From an uncultured Gammaproteobacteria bacterium (GTDB lineage Bacteria > Patescibacteriota > Microgenomatia > JAMCZE01), in contig CAYHYP010000001.1 of NCBI GenBank assembly GCA_964360925.1, positions 1 through 38,631 of the forward strand: a stretch of DNA of 38,631 bases, given 5' to 3'. Position numbers and translations under genes: made by a program. Below, piece by piece: positions 16,421-24,824 of the stretch. Numbering within the stretch: position 1 is the stretch's first letter; each line of letters begins with the position of its first letter. A model generated the notes under the pieces. The model had not been told where the DNA came from. It saw nothing but the letters and a program-made list of their open reading frames with translations, and did not search any database.

Positions 16421-17440
16421 CTACTTGAAAATGCCTTTTTTGTATAGTCCCCTGTTTATTTCTGCCACAATTTGTGGGCCCTGATAAACCATTCCCGTTA
16501 TCATTTGAATCAAATTGGCTCCGGCTTTGAATTTTTCCAACGCATCCTGAACGGTAAAAACACCCCCGCAACCAATAATGACGCAATCTTTGCCGTATTT
16601 TCCGGAAACGTATTTTATTAATTTATTGGAACCTTCAAAACAAGGTTTTCCGGAAAAATTTCCCTTTAAATTTTTGATCATTTGAACTTCCGATTTATCA
16701 AGAAATTTATTATTACGGTCTTTTACCAAATTGGAAAAAATAAATCCTGCGGCACCATATTTTAAAGAAATTTTTATCAACGGATCCAAATTTTCCGGAA
16801 GGATTTCATTGGGCATTTTTACATAGATGGGTTTATTTACTTTTATTTTCTTAACCAATAATTCCAGGTTTTTGGGGAGGGTAAAATTTTCCGGCATGGC
16901 CGTATTTGGGCAACTGATATTTAACTCAAAATATTTGACGTAGTCTTTGTTTTTTAAATATTCAAAAGTATAAAGATAATCATCAATCGCCCGGTTAATA
17001 GAATTTATCTCCGGTAAATTAGATGCTCCGATACTTATCCCTAAAACAATATTTTTAAGATTTTTTTGGGAAAGACGCTCGTCAACTTTTATCACTCCTT
17101 CGGATTTAAAGCCCTTGTTTACCAATAAAGATTGAGAATTTGGCAAACGACCCAAACGGGGCTTGGGATTCCCCTCATAGGCTTTTGCTGTAACCGTACC
17201 AACAGTATTAAACCCAAACCCAATCTTATGCATTACTTGGGCCAAATGACCGTTATAGTCAAAACCTGCCGCCAAACCAACAGGGTTCGGAAATTTCATT
17301 TCCCCAAAAATTTTTTCTAAAGGAAAATTTTCCAGAGACTCACCTATTACGCTTATAAAGTTATGAACTAATTCCGCGTCAAACTTAAACAAAACGGGTT
17401 TAATAATTTTTTGGTAAATCATATGATATGATCTTATCAT
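16421..17440 (-). CDS. pyrD: dihydroorotate dehydrogenase (class 2-like)
   Basis: NPVGLAAGFDYNG..GFGFNTVGTVT..GNPKPRLGRL. A biologically likelier start is ATG 17422 (MIYQKIIKPVLFKFDAE). Confidence 0.9.
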   Translation of the reverse strand: MIRSYHMIYQKIIKPVLFKFDAELVHNFISVIGESLENFPLEKIFGEMKFPNPVGLAAGFDYNGHLAQVMHKIGFGFNTVGTVTAKAYEGNPKPRLGRLPNSQSLLVNKGFKSEGVIKVDERLSQKNLKNIVLGISIGASNLPEINSINRAIDDYLYTFEYLKNKDYVKYFELNISCPNTAMPENFTLPKNLELLVKKIKVNKPIYVKMPNEILPENLDPLIKISLKYGAAGFIFSNLVKDRNNKFLDKSEVQMIKNLKGNFSGKPCFEGSNKLIKYVSGKYGKDCVIIGCGGVFTVQDALEKFKAGANLIQMITGMVYQGPQIVAEINRGLYKKGIFK

Positions 17441-18031
17441 ATGCTGATTTTGGAATTTGCAATACTAATATATTCCGTTATCCTCCACGAGATTGCCCAT
17501 GGATGGGTGGCGGATAAACTTGGCGATCCTACTGCCAGACTAAAAGGACGTTTGACTTTAAATCCGATTCCACACATTGATCCGATGATGACTATCTTAT
17601 TACCGTTGGTTTTAGTTTTAACCGGAAGTCCATTAATTTTTGGCGCCGCCAAACCCGTCCCCATAGACCCTTACAATTTCCGGGATCCGAAGAAAGATAT
17701 AGCGCTAACTTCTGCTGCAGGGCCAATTACGAATATTTTAATTGCTCTTTTCTTTGCAATTTTAGCCCACGTACTGCCTTTAGATGTTTTTCTTTATGGA
17801 GCTTATATCAATGTTTTCTTGGCTATTTTTAATCTTTTACCCCTTCCCCCCCTTGACGGTTTTAAAGTAATTGGCGGTATTTTGCCCGACGAATACGCTC
17901 GTACTTGGCTTTCGTTTGAAAAACTGGGAATAACGTTTATAATAATCCTTCTACTGTTTTTCGGTCAAATTATCAATAATATCGTTTATCCAATCACAAG
18001 GACAATTTTGAAACTTATTTTGCCGACGTAG
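17441..18031 (+). CDS. site-2 protease family (peptidase M50) membrane metalloprotease
   Basis: HEIAHGW (HExxH) plus NLLPLPPLDG. Polytopic. Confidence 0.8.
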   Translation: MLILEFAILIYSVILHEIAHGWVADKLGDPTARLKGRLTLNPIPHIDPMMTILLPLVLVLTGSPLIFGAAKPVPIDPYNFRDPKKDIALTSAAGPITNILIALFFAILAHVLPLDVFLYGAYINVFLAIFNLLPLPPLDGFKVIGGILPDEYARTWLSFEKLGITFIIILLLFFGQIINNIVYPITRTILKLILPT

Positions 18032-18093
18032 CTCAATGGCAGAGCAGCTGTTTTGTAAACAGCAGGTTGTCAGTCCGATTCTGACTGTCGGCT
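18022..18093 (+). tRNA. tRNA-Thr (anticodon TGT)
   Basis: Hand-folded cloverleaf: acceptor GCCGACG/TGTCGGC, D arm GCTC-AATGGCA-GAGC, anticodon arm GCTGT-TTTGTAA-ACAGC, T arm GTCAG-TCCGATT-CTGAC. Overlaps the M50 stop codon. Confidence 0.85.
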
Positions 18094-18205
18094 CCGAAAT
18101 GCCTTCTCCTATTGCTCCCGAACTTATTTTTGAAAGTGATAATCCCCTCCGAGCCATGTCCATTTGGAATTCTTTTCCGTAAAATATGAGGTATAATTAA
18201 AAAAC

Positions 18206-18290
18206 GCCGAGGTGGTAGAGCGGTCAAATACACAGGACTGTAAATCCTGCGCTCGAAAGGGCTACCCTGGTTCGAATCCAGGCCTCGGCA
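18206..18290 (+). tRNA. tRNA-Tyr (anticodon GTA), long variable arm
   Basis: Acceptor GCCGAGG/CCTCGGC, anticodon loop CTGTAAA, long variable arm, T arm CCTGG-TTCGAAT-CCAGG. Confidence 0.92.
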
Positions 18291-18965
18291 CTACATATAT
18301 TTTTTCTTTAACCGGATCGTTTCGCCGGAAAAATATTTCTTAATTTGCCCCCAATCAACTTTTCTAAACATCTTTGGCATTTCCGTTGTTTCAGTTTCCA
18401 CAAAATAAGAAAGACCCAGCAAAAAACTGTATACTCCGGATTCAAAATTACCATATTTTTCTCGGTATATTTCCAGACAACTATCCAAAGAAATATTTTG
18501 ATAATAAGATAATTCGTACAAATCAACAAAGTCTTTTTTGGTGCCACGATTCATAACTGCCCCTATTTTCATTGCCCCAATCTCTCTTGGGTCTAAAATT
18601 GGTATTCCCAAAAAATCATGTGTAGGAAATATTACGGGGTAAGAATAACGAAAAAGACTACAATGAGTTTGTCCATACGCCCAAAGAAGAGTATCGTCTG
18701 CAACTCTGTCCTCGGTATATTTTCCAAGTTTTTTAAGTTCAAAAGAAAGAGTCGGTTGGTGAAAAGATTTTGGGATAAAAAAATCCAAATCAACAGAAAT
18801 TCTATGGCCAAAATGCAAAGCCAATGCTGTTCCCCCTGCCAAATATGTCCCCTTTGGCAAAGTGTTTGTTTTTCCTAGTATGGCCAGACACTCCTGCGCA
18901 TCTCCCGGTAAGACTTTTGTAAACATAAAACCTGATTTTGGGGGATATTTAACACCAACTGCCAA
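18291..18965 (-). CDS. AbiEii-like nucleotidyltransferase (putative toxin)
   Basis: LAGGTALALHFGHRISVDLDFF motif. The stop codon directly abuts the 3' end of tRNA-Tyr. The true start may be ATG 18926. Confidence 0.65.
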   Translation of the reverse strand: MAVGVKYPPKSGFMFTKVLPGDAQECLAILGKTNTLPKGTYLAGGTALALHFGHRISVDLDFFIPKSFHQPTLSFELKKLGKYTEDRVADDTLLWAYGQTHCSLFRYSYPVIFPTHDFLGIPILDPREIGAMKIGAVMNRGTKKDFVDLYELSYYQNISLDSCLEIYREKYGNFESGVYSFLLGLSYFVETETTEMPKMFRKVDWGQIKKYFSGETIRLKKKYM

Positions 18966-19186
18966 AAAGTACCGACCCTCGGGCTAAAATCTCTTATTTT
19001 CGTAAACGTTTCTTTTACTAGTTTTTTGCCAAATTTTTTTTCTACCCAACGAGCCGCACTGGCATCACCTTTATCTAACATTCTTTGCACTACATAATAC
19101 GGTTTTGTTGAAGGGTCAAATTTTTTTACGTCAATGTCCCAAAAAAGATGGCGAAACTCCGGAGGAATTGAATTTGGCAAATTCAT
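18875..19186 (-). CDS. small protein upstream of the nucleotidyltransferase (putative cognate antitoxin)
   Basis: 103-aa ORF with the LFWDIDVKKFD..YVVQRMLDKGD..ARWVEKKFG pattern. Overlaps the downstream NTase gene. Confidence 0.45.
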   Translation of the reverse strand: MNLPNSIPPEFRHLFWDIDVKKFDPSTKPYYVVQRMLDKGDASAARWVEKKFGKKLVKETFTKIRDFSPRVGTFWQLVLNIPQNQVLCLQKSYREMRRSVWPY

Positions 19187-19200
19187 GTCTATATTATACC

Positions 19201-20232
19201 TTATTTCTCATTGTTAAAAAAATTCAAAGTATCTTTAACTGCCTCGTTCCATTTTGGAACCATATTGTGATCTGCCCCCACGTACTCTTTATAAACTAAT
19301 TTGAAATTTAAAATTTGAAATTTGAAATTAAAGTCGCGATTCCAACGAACCGGAACCCATTCGTCAGCTTCTCCCTGTTGAATAAATATTGGCGCTTTTA
19401 TACTGTCTAAATATTTATCAAACGAATATTTATTGACGTCATAATCTTTTTCAAAATCAGCGGTGGCTTTTCTTAACCACAAACCTTCATCTTTATAACC
19501 GTCGGTATAATATAAAATGTTATATGGAAAAGATTTGGTCACCGGATTCCATAAAACCGTAGGAACCTGCCTACCGGCAGGCAAGATGGTTAATATTGTC
19601 AGAGCAATTTGCCCGCCATTGGAATGACCCCATAACATTAATTTACAACTGTCATCCTGACGAAGGTCAGGATCTCTCAACTTGTTTGAGTTAACACTCG
19701 CATTCGCGAGAGATGCTGAAACAAGTTCAGCATGACAGATTGAAGCTATTAAATCCATATTCGTGGTATACGTCAAAAATCTATTTTCAAAATCATCCCG
19801 ATGGCCATCGGGATCAGATTCCCCATATCCCAAAAAATCGGGGGCAAAAGTGACATAACCGTTTTTTGCCAGAACCTCGGCAACTTTTTGGGTTCCAAAA
19901 CCGGGAAAATATTCTCCCTCGTCTGCCGAACCATGAAGCAATAAAATTGCCGGTTTAACAGTGGCACTTTGGGTAGCTCCGTTTATTATTCCGGAAATTT
20001 TTTTGCCGTCGGAAGAATAATAAAATTTGTTGCCGGAAAAAGTAATCTCCGAAGGGATCCCTCCCCGTTTGCGTAAATTCTCTATCGTATATTTGTCCAG
20101 GGGTTTTTCAAAAAAGGGTTTGATTAAAGGAGAAGCCGGATATCTTTCTTTGAAATTTCCAAGCAAAAATATAACACTTACAATTATAATCGTAATTAAT
20201 AAAATTAAAAATCCAACCAGCCACTTTTTCAT
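19201..20232 (-). CDS. membrane-anchored alpha/beta hydrolase (S9/dienelactone-hydrolase-like) with repeat insertions
   Basis: N-terminal TM helix. Nucleophile elbow GHSNGG. Late GADH. Repeat inserts at 19566-19585 and 19651-19736. Confidence 0.7.
   Translation of the reverse strand: MKKWLVGFLILLITIIIVSVIFLLGNFKERYPASPLIKPFFEKPLDKYTIENLRKRGGIPSEITFSGNKFYYSSDGKKISGIINGATQSATVKPAILLLHGSADEGEYFPGFGTQKVAEVLAKNGYVTFAPDFLGYGESDPDGHRDDFENRFLTYTTNMDLIASICHAELVSASLANASVNSNKLRDPDLRQDDSCKLMLWGHSNGGQIALTILTILPAGRQVPTVLWNPVTKSFPYNILYYTDGYKDEGLWLRKATADFEKDYDVNKYSFDKYLDSIKAPIFIQQGEADEWVPVRWNRDFNFKFQILNFKLVYKEYVGADHNMVPKWNEAVKDTLNFFNNEK
19566..19585. repeat. imperfect copy of the CCTGCC..GGCAGG palindrome, inside the hydrolase gene
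   Basis: cctgcctaccggcaggcaag. Translated LPAGRQ on the minus strand. Confidence 0.7.
19651..19736. repeat. 86-nt composite triple-hairpin element, copy A (inside the hydrolase gene)
   Basis: gtcatcctgacgaaggtcaggatc-tctcaacttgtttgag..ctcgcattcgcgagaga-tgctgaaacaagttcagcatgac. Confidence 0.9.
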
Positions 20233-20319
20233 AAGATAATATTATCATATAATCTCCTTACGGAGATTGCGGTCCTCTCCCGATGGACATCGGGATGCGG
20301 GCCTAAATCTATTTAATGC

Positions 20320-20375
20320 GCCGGGATGGCTCAGTGGCAGAGCGTCCCGCCGATGGCGGGAAGGTCGAGGGTCAA
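20320..20375 (+). pseudogene. tRNA-like 5' fragment (acceptor 5' strand, D arm, anticodon-like arm; no T arm or 3' acceptor)
   Basis: GCCGGGA-TG-GCTC-AGTGGCA-GAGC-G-TCCCG-CCGATGG-CGGGA-AGGTC-GAGGG, then no complementary T-stem or acceptor strand. Position 33 is C. Confidence 0.35.
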
Positions 20376-20393
20376 TTGAAAAGTTATTAACAG

Positions 20394-20465
20394 GCCGCCG
20401 TGGCTCAGTGGTAGAGCATCTTCTTGGTAAGAAGAGGGTCATGAGTTCGATTCTCATCGGCGGCT
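20394..20465 (+). tRNA. tRNA-Thr (anticodon GGT)
   Basis: Acceptor GCCGCCG/CGGCGGC, D arm GCTC-AGTGGTA-GAGC, anticodon arm TCTTC-TTGGTAA-GAAGA, T arm ATGAG-TTCGATT-CTCAT. Confidence 0.92.
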
Positions 20466-20538
20466 CAATAATGGCTCGGTGCAGTCCGCCACCGCCTTTG
20501 GCGGGGTAAAATTCCCACTCTCGGCTCAAAATTGATAC

Positions 20539-20566
20539 TTGACAAAATCCTATTGTTTGGTACAAT
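20539..20566 (+). promoter_or_regulatory. sigma70-type promoter TTGACA-16-TACAAT, 7 nt before the ATG (leaderless candidate)
   Basis: TTGACA 20539-20544, TACAAT 20561-20566, ATG at 20573. Confidence 0.55.
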
Positions 20567-20572
20567 ATTGTC

Positions 20573-20845
20573 ATGAATAGTGCTGTTTTGTCATCTTTAC
20601 CACAAGTTTATACCCCTGATCAGGTCGCCAAGATTCTCCAGTTGTCCACAAATACAATTTATGAGCTAATAGACCGCGGAGAAATTATCGCCAAGCGTCT
20701 CGGAAAAACTTTGCGTATCCCCGCCTCATCTTTGTCTTTTGCTACCACAGGATTAGACGTGGATTTATTATTGGCAGAAAAAGAGGATTTAAAAAATTTG
20801 CCAAAGATTAACGCGGCTCTTTCTTCTGTTCGAGCTAAATTATGA
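20573..20845 (+). CDS. excisionase/MerR-type HTH (HTH_17) DNA-binding protein, putative antitoxin
   Basis: YTPDQVAKILQLSTNTIYELIDRGEIIAKRLGKTLRIP. ATGA overlap with the downstream PIN gene. Confidence 0.7.
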   Translation: MNSAVLSSLPQVYTPDQVAKILQLSTNTIYELIDRGEIIAKRLGKTLRIPASSLSFATTGLDVDLLLAEKEDLKNLPKINAALSSVRAKL

Positions 20846-21267
20846 AAACCTTAAATGTTTTTGTAGACACTGACGTCGTTATTTCTTCCTTGATTTCTAA
20901 AACCGGCGGAGCATATTTATTATTAAATAACACTCCGGGCGTAAACTTTTGGATTTCTGACTTTTCCGAAAAAGAAATTATTGGAACAATAAATAAGCTA
21001 AATTTATCTCAAATTGACTGGAAAAATATCAAAAATAATTTTAAATACATCAAACTAGACCAAAATATACAGCATATTCGTAACAAATATTTAAATTTTA
21101 TTCTTGACAAAAATGACGCTCAAATAGTTGCCGGTACCGTTATCTCGCAAGCCAGATATTTATTGACGTATAACCTTAAACACTATCAAATTGAGAAAAT
21201 AAAAGAATTGAATATTATTGTTTTAACCCCCGGACAATTTTTGCAGTATTTACGAAGTCAAAATTAA
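20842..21267 (+). CDS. PIN-domain protein (putative TA toxin)
   Basis: N-terminal VFVDTDVVISSLISK plus later DKNDAQIV acidic residues. Confidence 0.7.
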   Translation: MKTLNVFVDTDVVISSLISKTGGAYLLLNNTPGVNFWISDFSEKEIIGTINKLNLSQIDWKNIKNNFKYIKLDQNIQHIRNKYLNFILDKNDAQIVAGTVISQARYLLTYNLKHYQIEKIKELNIIVLTPGQFLQYLRSQN

Positions 21268-21285
21268 ATTGTATAATTCACTGTT

Positions 21286-21462
21286 ATGGCGAAAAAGGGA
21301 GAAGCAACTATTAAACTTGGAATGACATGCACAGTGTGTAAAACCCGGGGTTATTTGACGTCAAAAAACAAAATGGAAAATAAAGAGAAACTTGTTTTGT
21401 CAAAATATTGCCGGAAATGCCGAAAACACACATCACACAAAGAGGTTGAAAAATTAAAATAA
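21286..21462 (+). CDS. rpmG: 50S ribosomal protein L33
   Basis: Not in the ORF track (58 aa). MAKKGEATIKLGMTCTVCKTRGYLTSKNKMENKEKLVLSKYCRKCRKHTSHKEVEKLK, with CxxC...CxxC. Confidence 0.85.
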   Translation: MAKKGEATIKLGMTCTVCKTRGYLTSKNKMENKEKLVLSKYCRKCRKHTSHKEVEKLK

Positions 21463-21531
21463 GTCATTCCAGCGAAGTGTCATGCTGAAATTTTTTCAGC
21501 ATCTGAGATCCTGAAACAAGTTCAGGATGAC
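21463..21531. repeat. GTCAT-hairpin cluster starting 1 nt after the rpmG stop
   Basis: gtcattccagcgaagt-gtcatgctgaaattttttcagcatc-tgagatcctgaaacaagttcaggatgac. Confidence 0.85.
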
Positions 21532-21557
21532 AATATAGCAAACACGGTGACACACGC

Positions 21558-22658
21558 ATGAAAAGAATTTTGTCATTATTTGTTCTTTATTATCTTCGTT
21601 TTTTTGCAAAACTTAAAATTGCTAAAATTAATCCCACCATTATTGGTGTTACCGGAAGTGCCGGAAAAACTTCTTGTGTTGCCGCCATTCAGGCAATTTT
21701 AAAAACAAAATACACAGTTAAAACTACCGGATCTGCCAATTCCGAATCCGGCATCCCCCTAGCTATTCTGGATTTGAAAATGAATGACTACTCTGTTTTT
21801 GACTGGATAAGAGTTATATTATCAGCACCATTTTTTACAACAAAAAAATGTGATATTTTTGTGGCTGAAATGGGAATAGATTCTCTGGAAGCTCCAAAAA
21901 ATATGGAGTATCTCTTGTCTATTATCCAACCGAAAATCGGCGTTTTTCTAAATGCCCTCCCCGTTCACACCGAGCAGATGAAAAGTGTTCAAAATATTTT
22001 TGAGGAAAAAAGTAAATTAATAAAATCATTACCCGCTGGCGGAACCGCCGTAATAAATTCTGACTACGACATTGAAACCAAAGCCAAAGTTATAAAATTC
22101 AAAGATGACGGCACCCCCATCCCTCCGGCCTTGGCAGTTGGAAAAATTTTTGGAATCAACAAAAACAAAATCCCGGATTTTGTTTTACCTGCAGGACGGG
22201 GAAATGTTTTTGAAGGATTAAATAACTCTACTATTATTGATTCCAGTTATAATTCTTCTCCTGTACCAACAGCAAATGCACTAAAAAAATTAAAGGAGTT
22301 TCAAAATCGCCACATTGCCGTTTTGGGTGATATGAGAGAATTGGGTAATTTAGCAGAAGACGAGCATAAAAAACTGGCGGAAATTGCAAAAAAATCTGCT
22401 GATGTTATTATTACCGTAGGACCGTTGTTTAAACAATTTACCACTTTTGATAATCAATTTGATAATTTTTGGGAGGCCGGGAAATTTTTACAGACAATTA
22501 TCAAAAAGGGTGATGTGATTTTATTTAAAGGTTCGCAAAATACAATTTTTCTGGAAGGCGCAGTAGAGATGTGTTTAAAGAACAAATCAGACATTTCCAA
22601 ACTCTGCCGCCGGGGTACCTACTGGGATAATCAGCGCAATTTGTCATTGCAGGATTAA
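21558..22658 (+). CDS. murF: Mur-ligase family protein, MurF-like (UDP-MurNAc-tripeptide--D-Ala-D-Ala ligase)
   Basis: GVTGSAGKTS P-loop, IIDSSYNSSP (MurF-type DDSYNANP), LGDMRELG. Short (366 aa). Confidence 0.7.
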   Translation: MKRILSLFVLYYLRFFAKLKIAKINPTIIGVTGSAGKTSCVAAIQAILKTKYTVKTTGSANSESGIPLAILDLKMNDYSVFDWIRVILSAPFFTTKKCDIFVAEMGIDSLEAPKNMEYLLSIIQPKIGVFLNALPVHTEQMKSVQNIFEEKSKLIKSLPAGGTAVINSDYDIETKAKVIKFKDDGTPIPPALAVGKIFGINKNKIPDFVLPAGRGNVFEGLNNSTIIDSSYNSSPVPTANALKKLKEFQNRHIAVLGDMRELGNLAEDEHKKLAEIAKKSADVIITVGPLFKQFTTFDNQFDNFWEAGKFLQTIIKKGDVILFKGSQNTIFLEGAVEMCLKNKSDISKLCRRGTYWDNQRNLSLQD

Positions 22659-22663
22659 TTTCT

Positions 22664-22749
22664 GTCATCCTGACGAATGTCAGGATCTCTCAATTTGTTT
22701 GAGTAATTTCTCGCATTCGCGAGAGATGCTGAATCGAGTTCAGCATGAC
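22664..22749. repeat. composite triple-hairpin element, copy B (6 nt after the murF stop)
   Basis: Near-identical to 19651-19736 and 36686-36769. Confidence 0.9.
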
Positions 22750-22753
22750 ACTA

Positions 22754-22782
22754 TTGACATTTTTATTATGGAGACCTATAAT
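22754..22782 (+). promoter_or_regulatory. consensus sigma70 promoter TTGACA-17-TATAAT
   Basis: TTGACA 22754-22759, TATAAT 22777-22782. No annotated gene for ~160 nt downstream. Confidence 0.6.
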
Positions 22783-22944
22783 TAGGTCAGGTTTTGATCG
22801 ATATTGAAGGGCATTCCGGCTACGGCCGCGAAGCGACTCTACGAGAACATCAACGGATGTTTTTACGTGGGGTTTTTTGTTTTTAAAAAGGCAAAATCCG
22901 CCTTCGCATAAAGCTACGGCGGACAAAGGGGGGTGAAAAAAATT

Positions 22945-23127
22945 ATGGCAGCAAATAAATGTTCTCAAGAATTTTGTGTTGGTCCAAAAAGTCCAAATTG
23001 TCCATTGAACTCTTGGAAAAGACGTTTAAGTTTGGGCGGTCCAAAAACAAGGTGTGTTGAACCAACGATACGACCAAATGCTCAGGAGGCTACAAGGACA
23101 AGATCTATGCAAATAGCTAGAGGCTAA
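22945..23127 (+). CDS. small Cys-containing basic protein (60 aa), unknown function
   Basis: ATG 22945, preceded by AGGGGGGTGA 8 nt upstream and followed by a strong terminator. MAANKCSQEFCVGPKSPNCPLNSWKRRLSLGGPKTRCVEP... Confidence 0.35.
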   Translation: MAANKCSQEFCVGPKSPNCPLNSWKRRLSLGGPKTRCVEPTIRPNAQEATRTRSMQIARG

Positions 23128-23141
23128 TAAAATTTGTTTCC

Positions 23142-23167
23142 AAAACCCCTGTTCACCAGGGGTTTTT
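23142..23167 (+). terminator. rho-independent terminator
   Basis: AAAACCCCTG-TTCAC-CAGGGGTTTTT. Confidence 0.7.
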
Positions 23168-23410
23168 GGTGCGATAATCTGGAAATTATGGGAAAAAGAA
23201 ATAATGAAAATAATGGCCATTTTAAAATCCATCTTTTTGTTCATCCGCCAAAAAATGAAGAAAAAGACAGAGATCCCAAAAGAATGCACCGAGGAAGAAA
23301 GGGCAATCCTCTCTGGAAACACGGAGGTCCCAGACATAAACAAATAGAAGAAGAGAGAAGATTTTATCTGACGGAAAATTTTGATTTTGATAAGGTATAA
23401 TTGGGTATAT

Positions 23411-23484
23411 AGGGACGTAGTGAAATGGCATCACAAAGATCTCCAAAATCTTTATTTTGCGTTCGAATCGCAACGTCCCTGCCA
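23411..23484 (+). tRNA. tRNA-Trp (anticodon CCA), CCA end encoded
   Basis: Acceptor AGGGACG/CGTCCCT, anticodon arm AAGAT-CTCCAAA-ATCTT, T arm TTGCG-TTCGAAT-CGCAA, then G-CCA. Confidence 0.92.
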
Positions 23485-23545
23485 AATCCTAACTTTTAAC
23501 AAAAGATAAAAGTTGGGGGGTGCAAGGTTGAGAACCTTGTAAGAC

Positions 23546-24769
23546 TTATGGCTTTTTCTCCCCAATAATTATTTCTATCAGGAGCTTGCCGGAGACGCTG
23601 GAATCGGAAATTGGCTCTATGGCGGTTTCCTTATAAGTTTCCAAAAGAACGGTTTTAAGCTCTGCCACAATCTTTTCCGGCACCGATTTGGAAGGCCTGA
23701 TTCTGGTAGCCGCAAAACCGGCGCTGGTGGCATTTTTAGTTTCCGTAATTTCAAATCCCAACGCTTTTAGTTTTTCCGCTGCCCGGCCCGCTTCCCCGGT
23801 TACCAAAGTCCCGTTGAGAATTTTCAGAGCATAATCTTCCGGTTTTGGTTGTGGCACCACCACTGGTTGAGTTTGAGTTTCTTTCTGTTTTGTAACCTCC
23901 TTTTTGGCTGTTGCCGCGGGCAAATTGCGAACCACAATCACCACCAAAGCAAAACCTACCAAAGCCGCGCCAATCAAAGAAAGATGTTTTGGGTTAACAT
24001 TTATTTTTGGTAAAGTGAATTTAGATTTGTTCCCGGCCGCCAAAACCGTCAAATCATAAATATCCGTACTTTCCAAAGGAGTAACATTCCAACCTAATTT
24101 TTGTACATTAGAAAGAGCCTCGGTGCTAAAAATTCCCAAGGTAAAAGCATTTTTAACCTCTGCCAAATTATGACTGCCGATAAAATCAGGTAATTGGCTG
24201 GCAAAAACGTCCAATTTAAAGGCTCCCAATTCCAAAATTTCTCCATTTTCACAAACAACCACCACAATTTCTTTTTCCAAAGGAAAAGTCAGAAAATATT
24301 TCCCGCTTTGAGGATACTTTGAAGCTAAAACGGCGGCTCCACTTTTAACGCCGATCACCTTTTTCCCCATATCTAAAAATGGGCGCTGGAAATCCTCTAC
24401 CAACTTTTTTTCAATCGCTACATAAGTAGTTCTGCTATCCGTTTTGGTTTTTTTGATCTCGCTGGTGACTACCAATTCCTCATTAAAATACGGTAAAGTG
24501 CGGATAAATCCGTCGGGAGAATCGGCGCTTGGTAAAGTTTTGATAAAAGTTTTGTCAGGAGAAAGAAAAAGAAGAACCTCGGACATTTCCCCCAGATTGC
24601 TTTTTTGAGAGAGGGTCACTTTTACCTGGCTGGCAAATTTTTCCGGGTCGGCTATAAATCCATCCCGAAGTACCTCGTTGGAAAAGGATATTTGACCGGC
24701 AAAAGTGCGGGTTTTACCTTTATACGCCAGAAGTTTTAGATTGTCTTTTTCCAAAAATGCCACAAGCAT
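23546..24769 (-). CDS. membrane protein with C-terminal LytR_C-like domain
   Basis: Central TM (LSLIGAALVGFALVVIVV). C-terminal YALKILNGTLVTGEAGRAAEKLKALGFEITETKNA resembles the LytR/CpsA/Psr C-terminal domain. Confidence 0.55.
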   Translation of the reverse strand: MLVAFLEKDNLKLLAYKGKTRTFAGQISFSNEVLRDGFIADPEKFASQVKVTLSQKSNLGEMSEVLLFLSPDKTFIKTLPSADSPDGFIRTLPYFNEELVVTSEIKKTKTDSRTTYVAIEKKLVEDFQRPFLDMGKKVIGVKSGAAVLASKYPQSGKYFLTFPLEKEIVVVVCENGEILELGAFKLDVFASQLPDFIGSHNLAEVKNAFTLGIFSTEALSNVQKLGWNVTPLESTDIYDLTVLAAGNKSKFTLPKINVNPKHLSLIGAALVGFALVVIVVRNLPAATAKKEVTKQKETQTQPVVVPQPKPEDYALKILNGTLVTGEAGRAAEKLKALGFEITETKNATSAGFAATRIRPSKSVPEKIVAELKTVLLETYKETAIEPISDSSVSGKLLIEIIIGEKKP

Positions 24770-24790
24770 ACTAATAGTTTAGACACCCTC

Positions 24791-24819
24791 TTGATAATTT
24801 GCAAGTCCCTTGTTACAAT
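24791..24819 (+). promoter_or_regulatory. promoter TTGATA-17-TACAAT, 6 nt before the secE ATG (leaderless candidate)
   Basis: TTGATA 24791-24796, TACAAT 24814-24819, ATG 24825. Confidence 0.5.
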
Positions 24820-24824
24820 CACTT

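Noticed and set aside
20245-20574. ORFs on both strands across 20245-20574.
   Set aside because: They overlie tRNA-Thr(GGU), the tRNA-like fragment and a promoter. GC-rich tRNA sequence keeps the frames open by chance.
23134-23400. 88-aa ORF (or the 71-aa version from ATG 23188) between the terminator and tRNA-Trp.
   Set aside because: No convincing RBS. Low-complexity Lys/Glu/Arg-rich product. It starts inside the terminator hairpin. Left uncalled.
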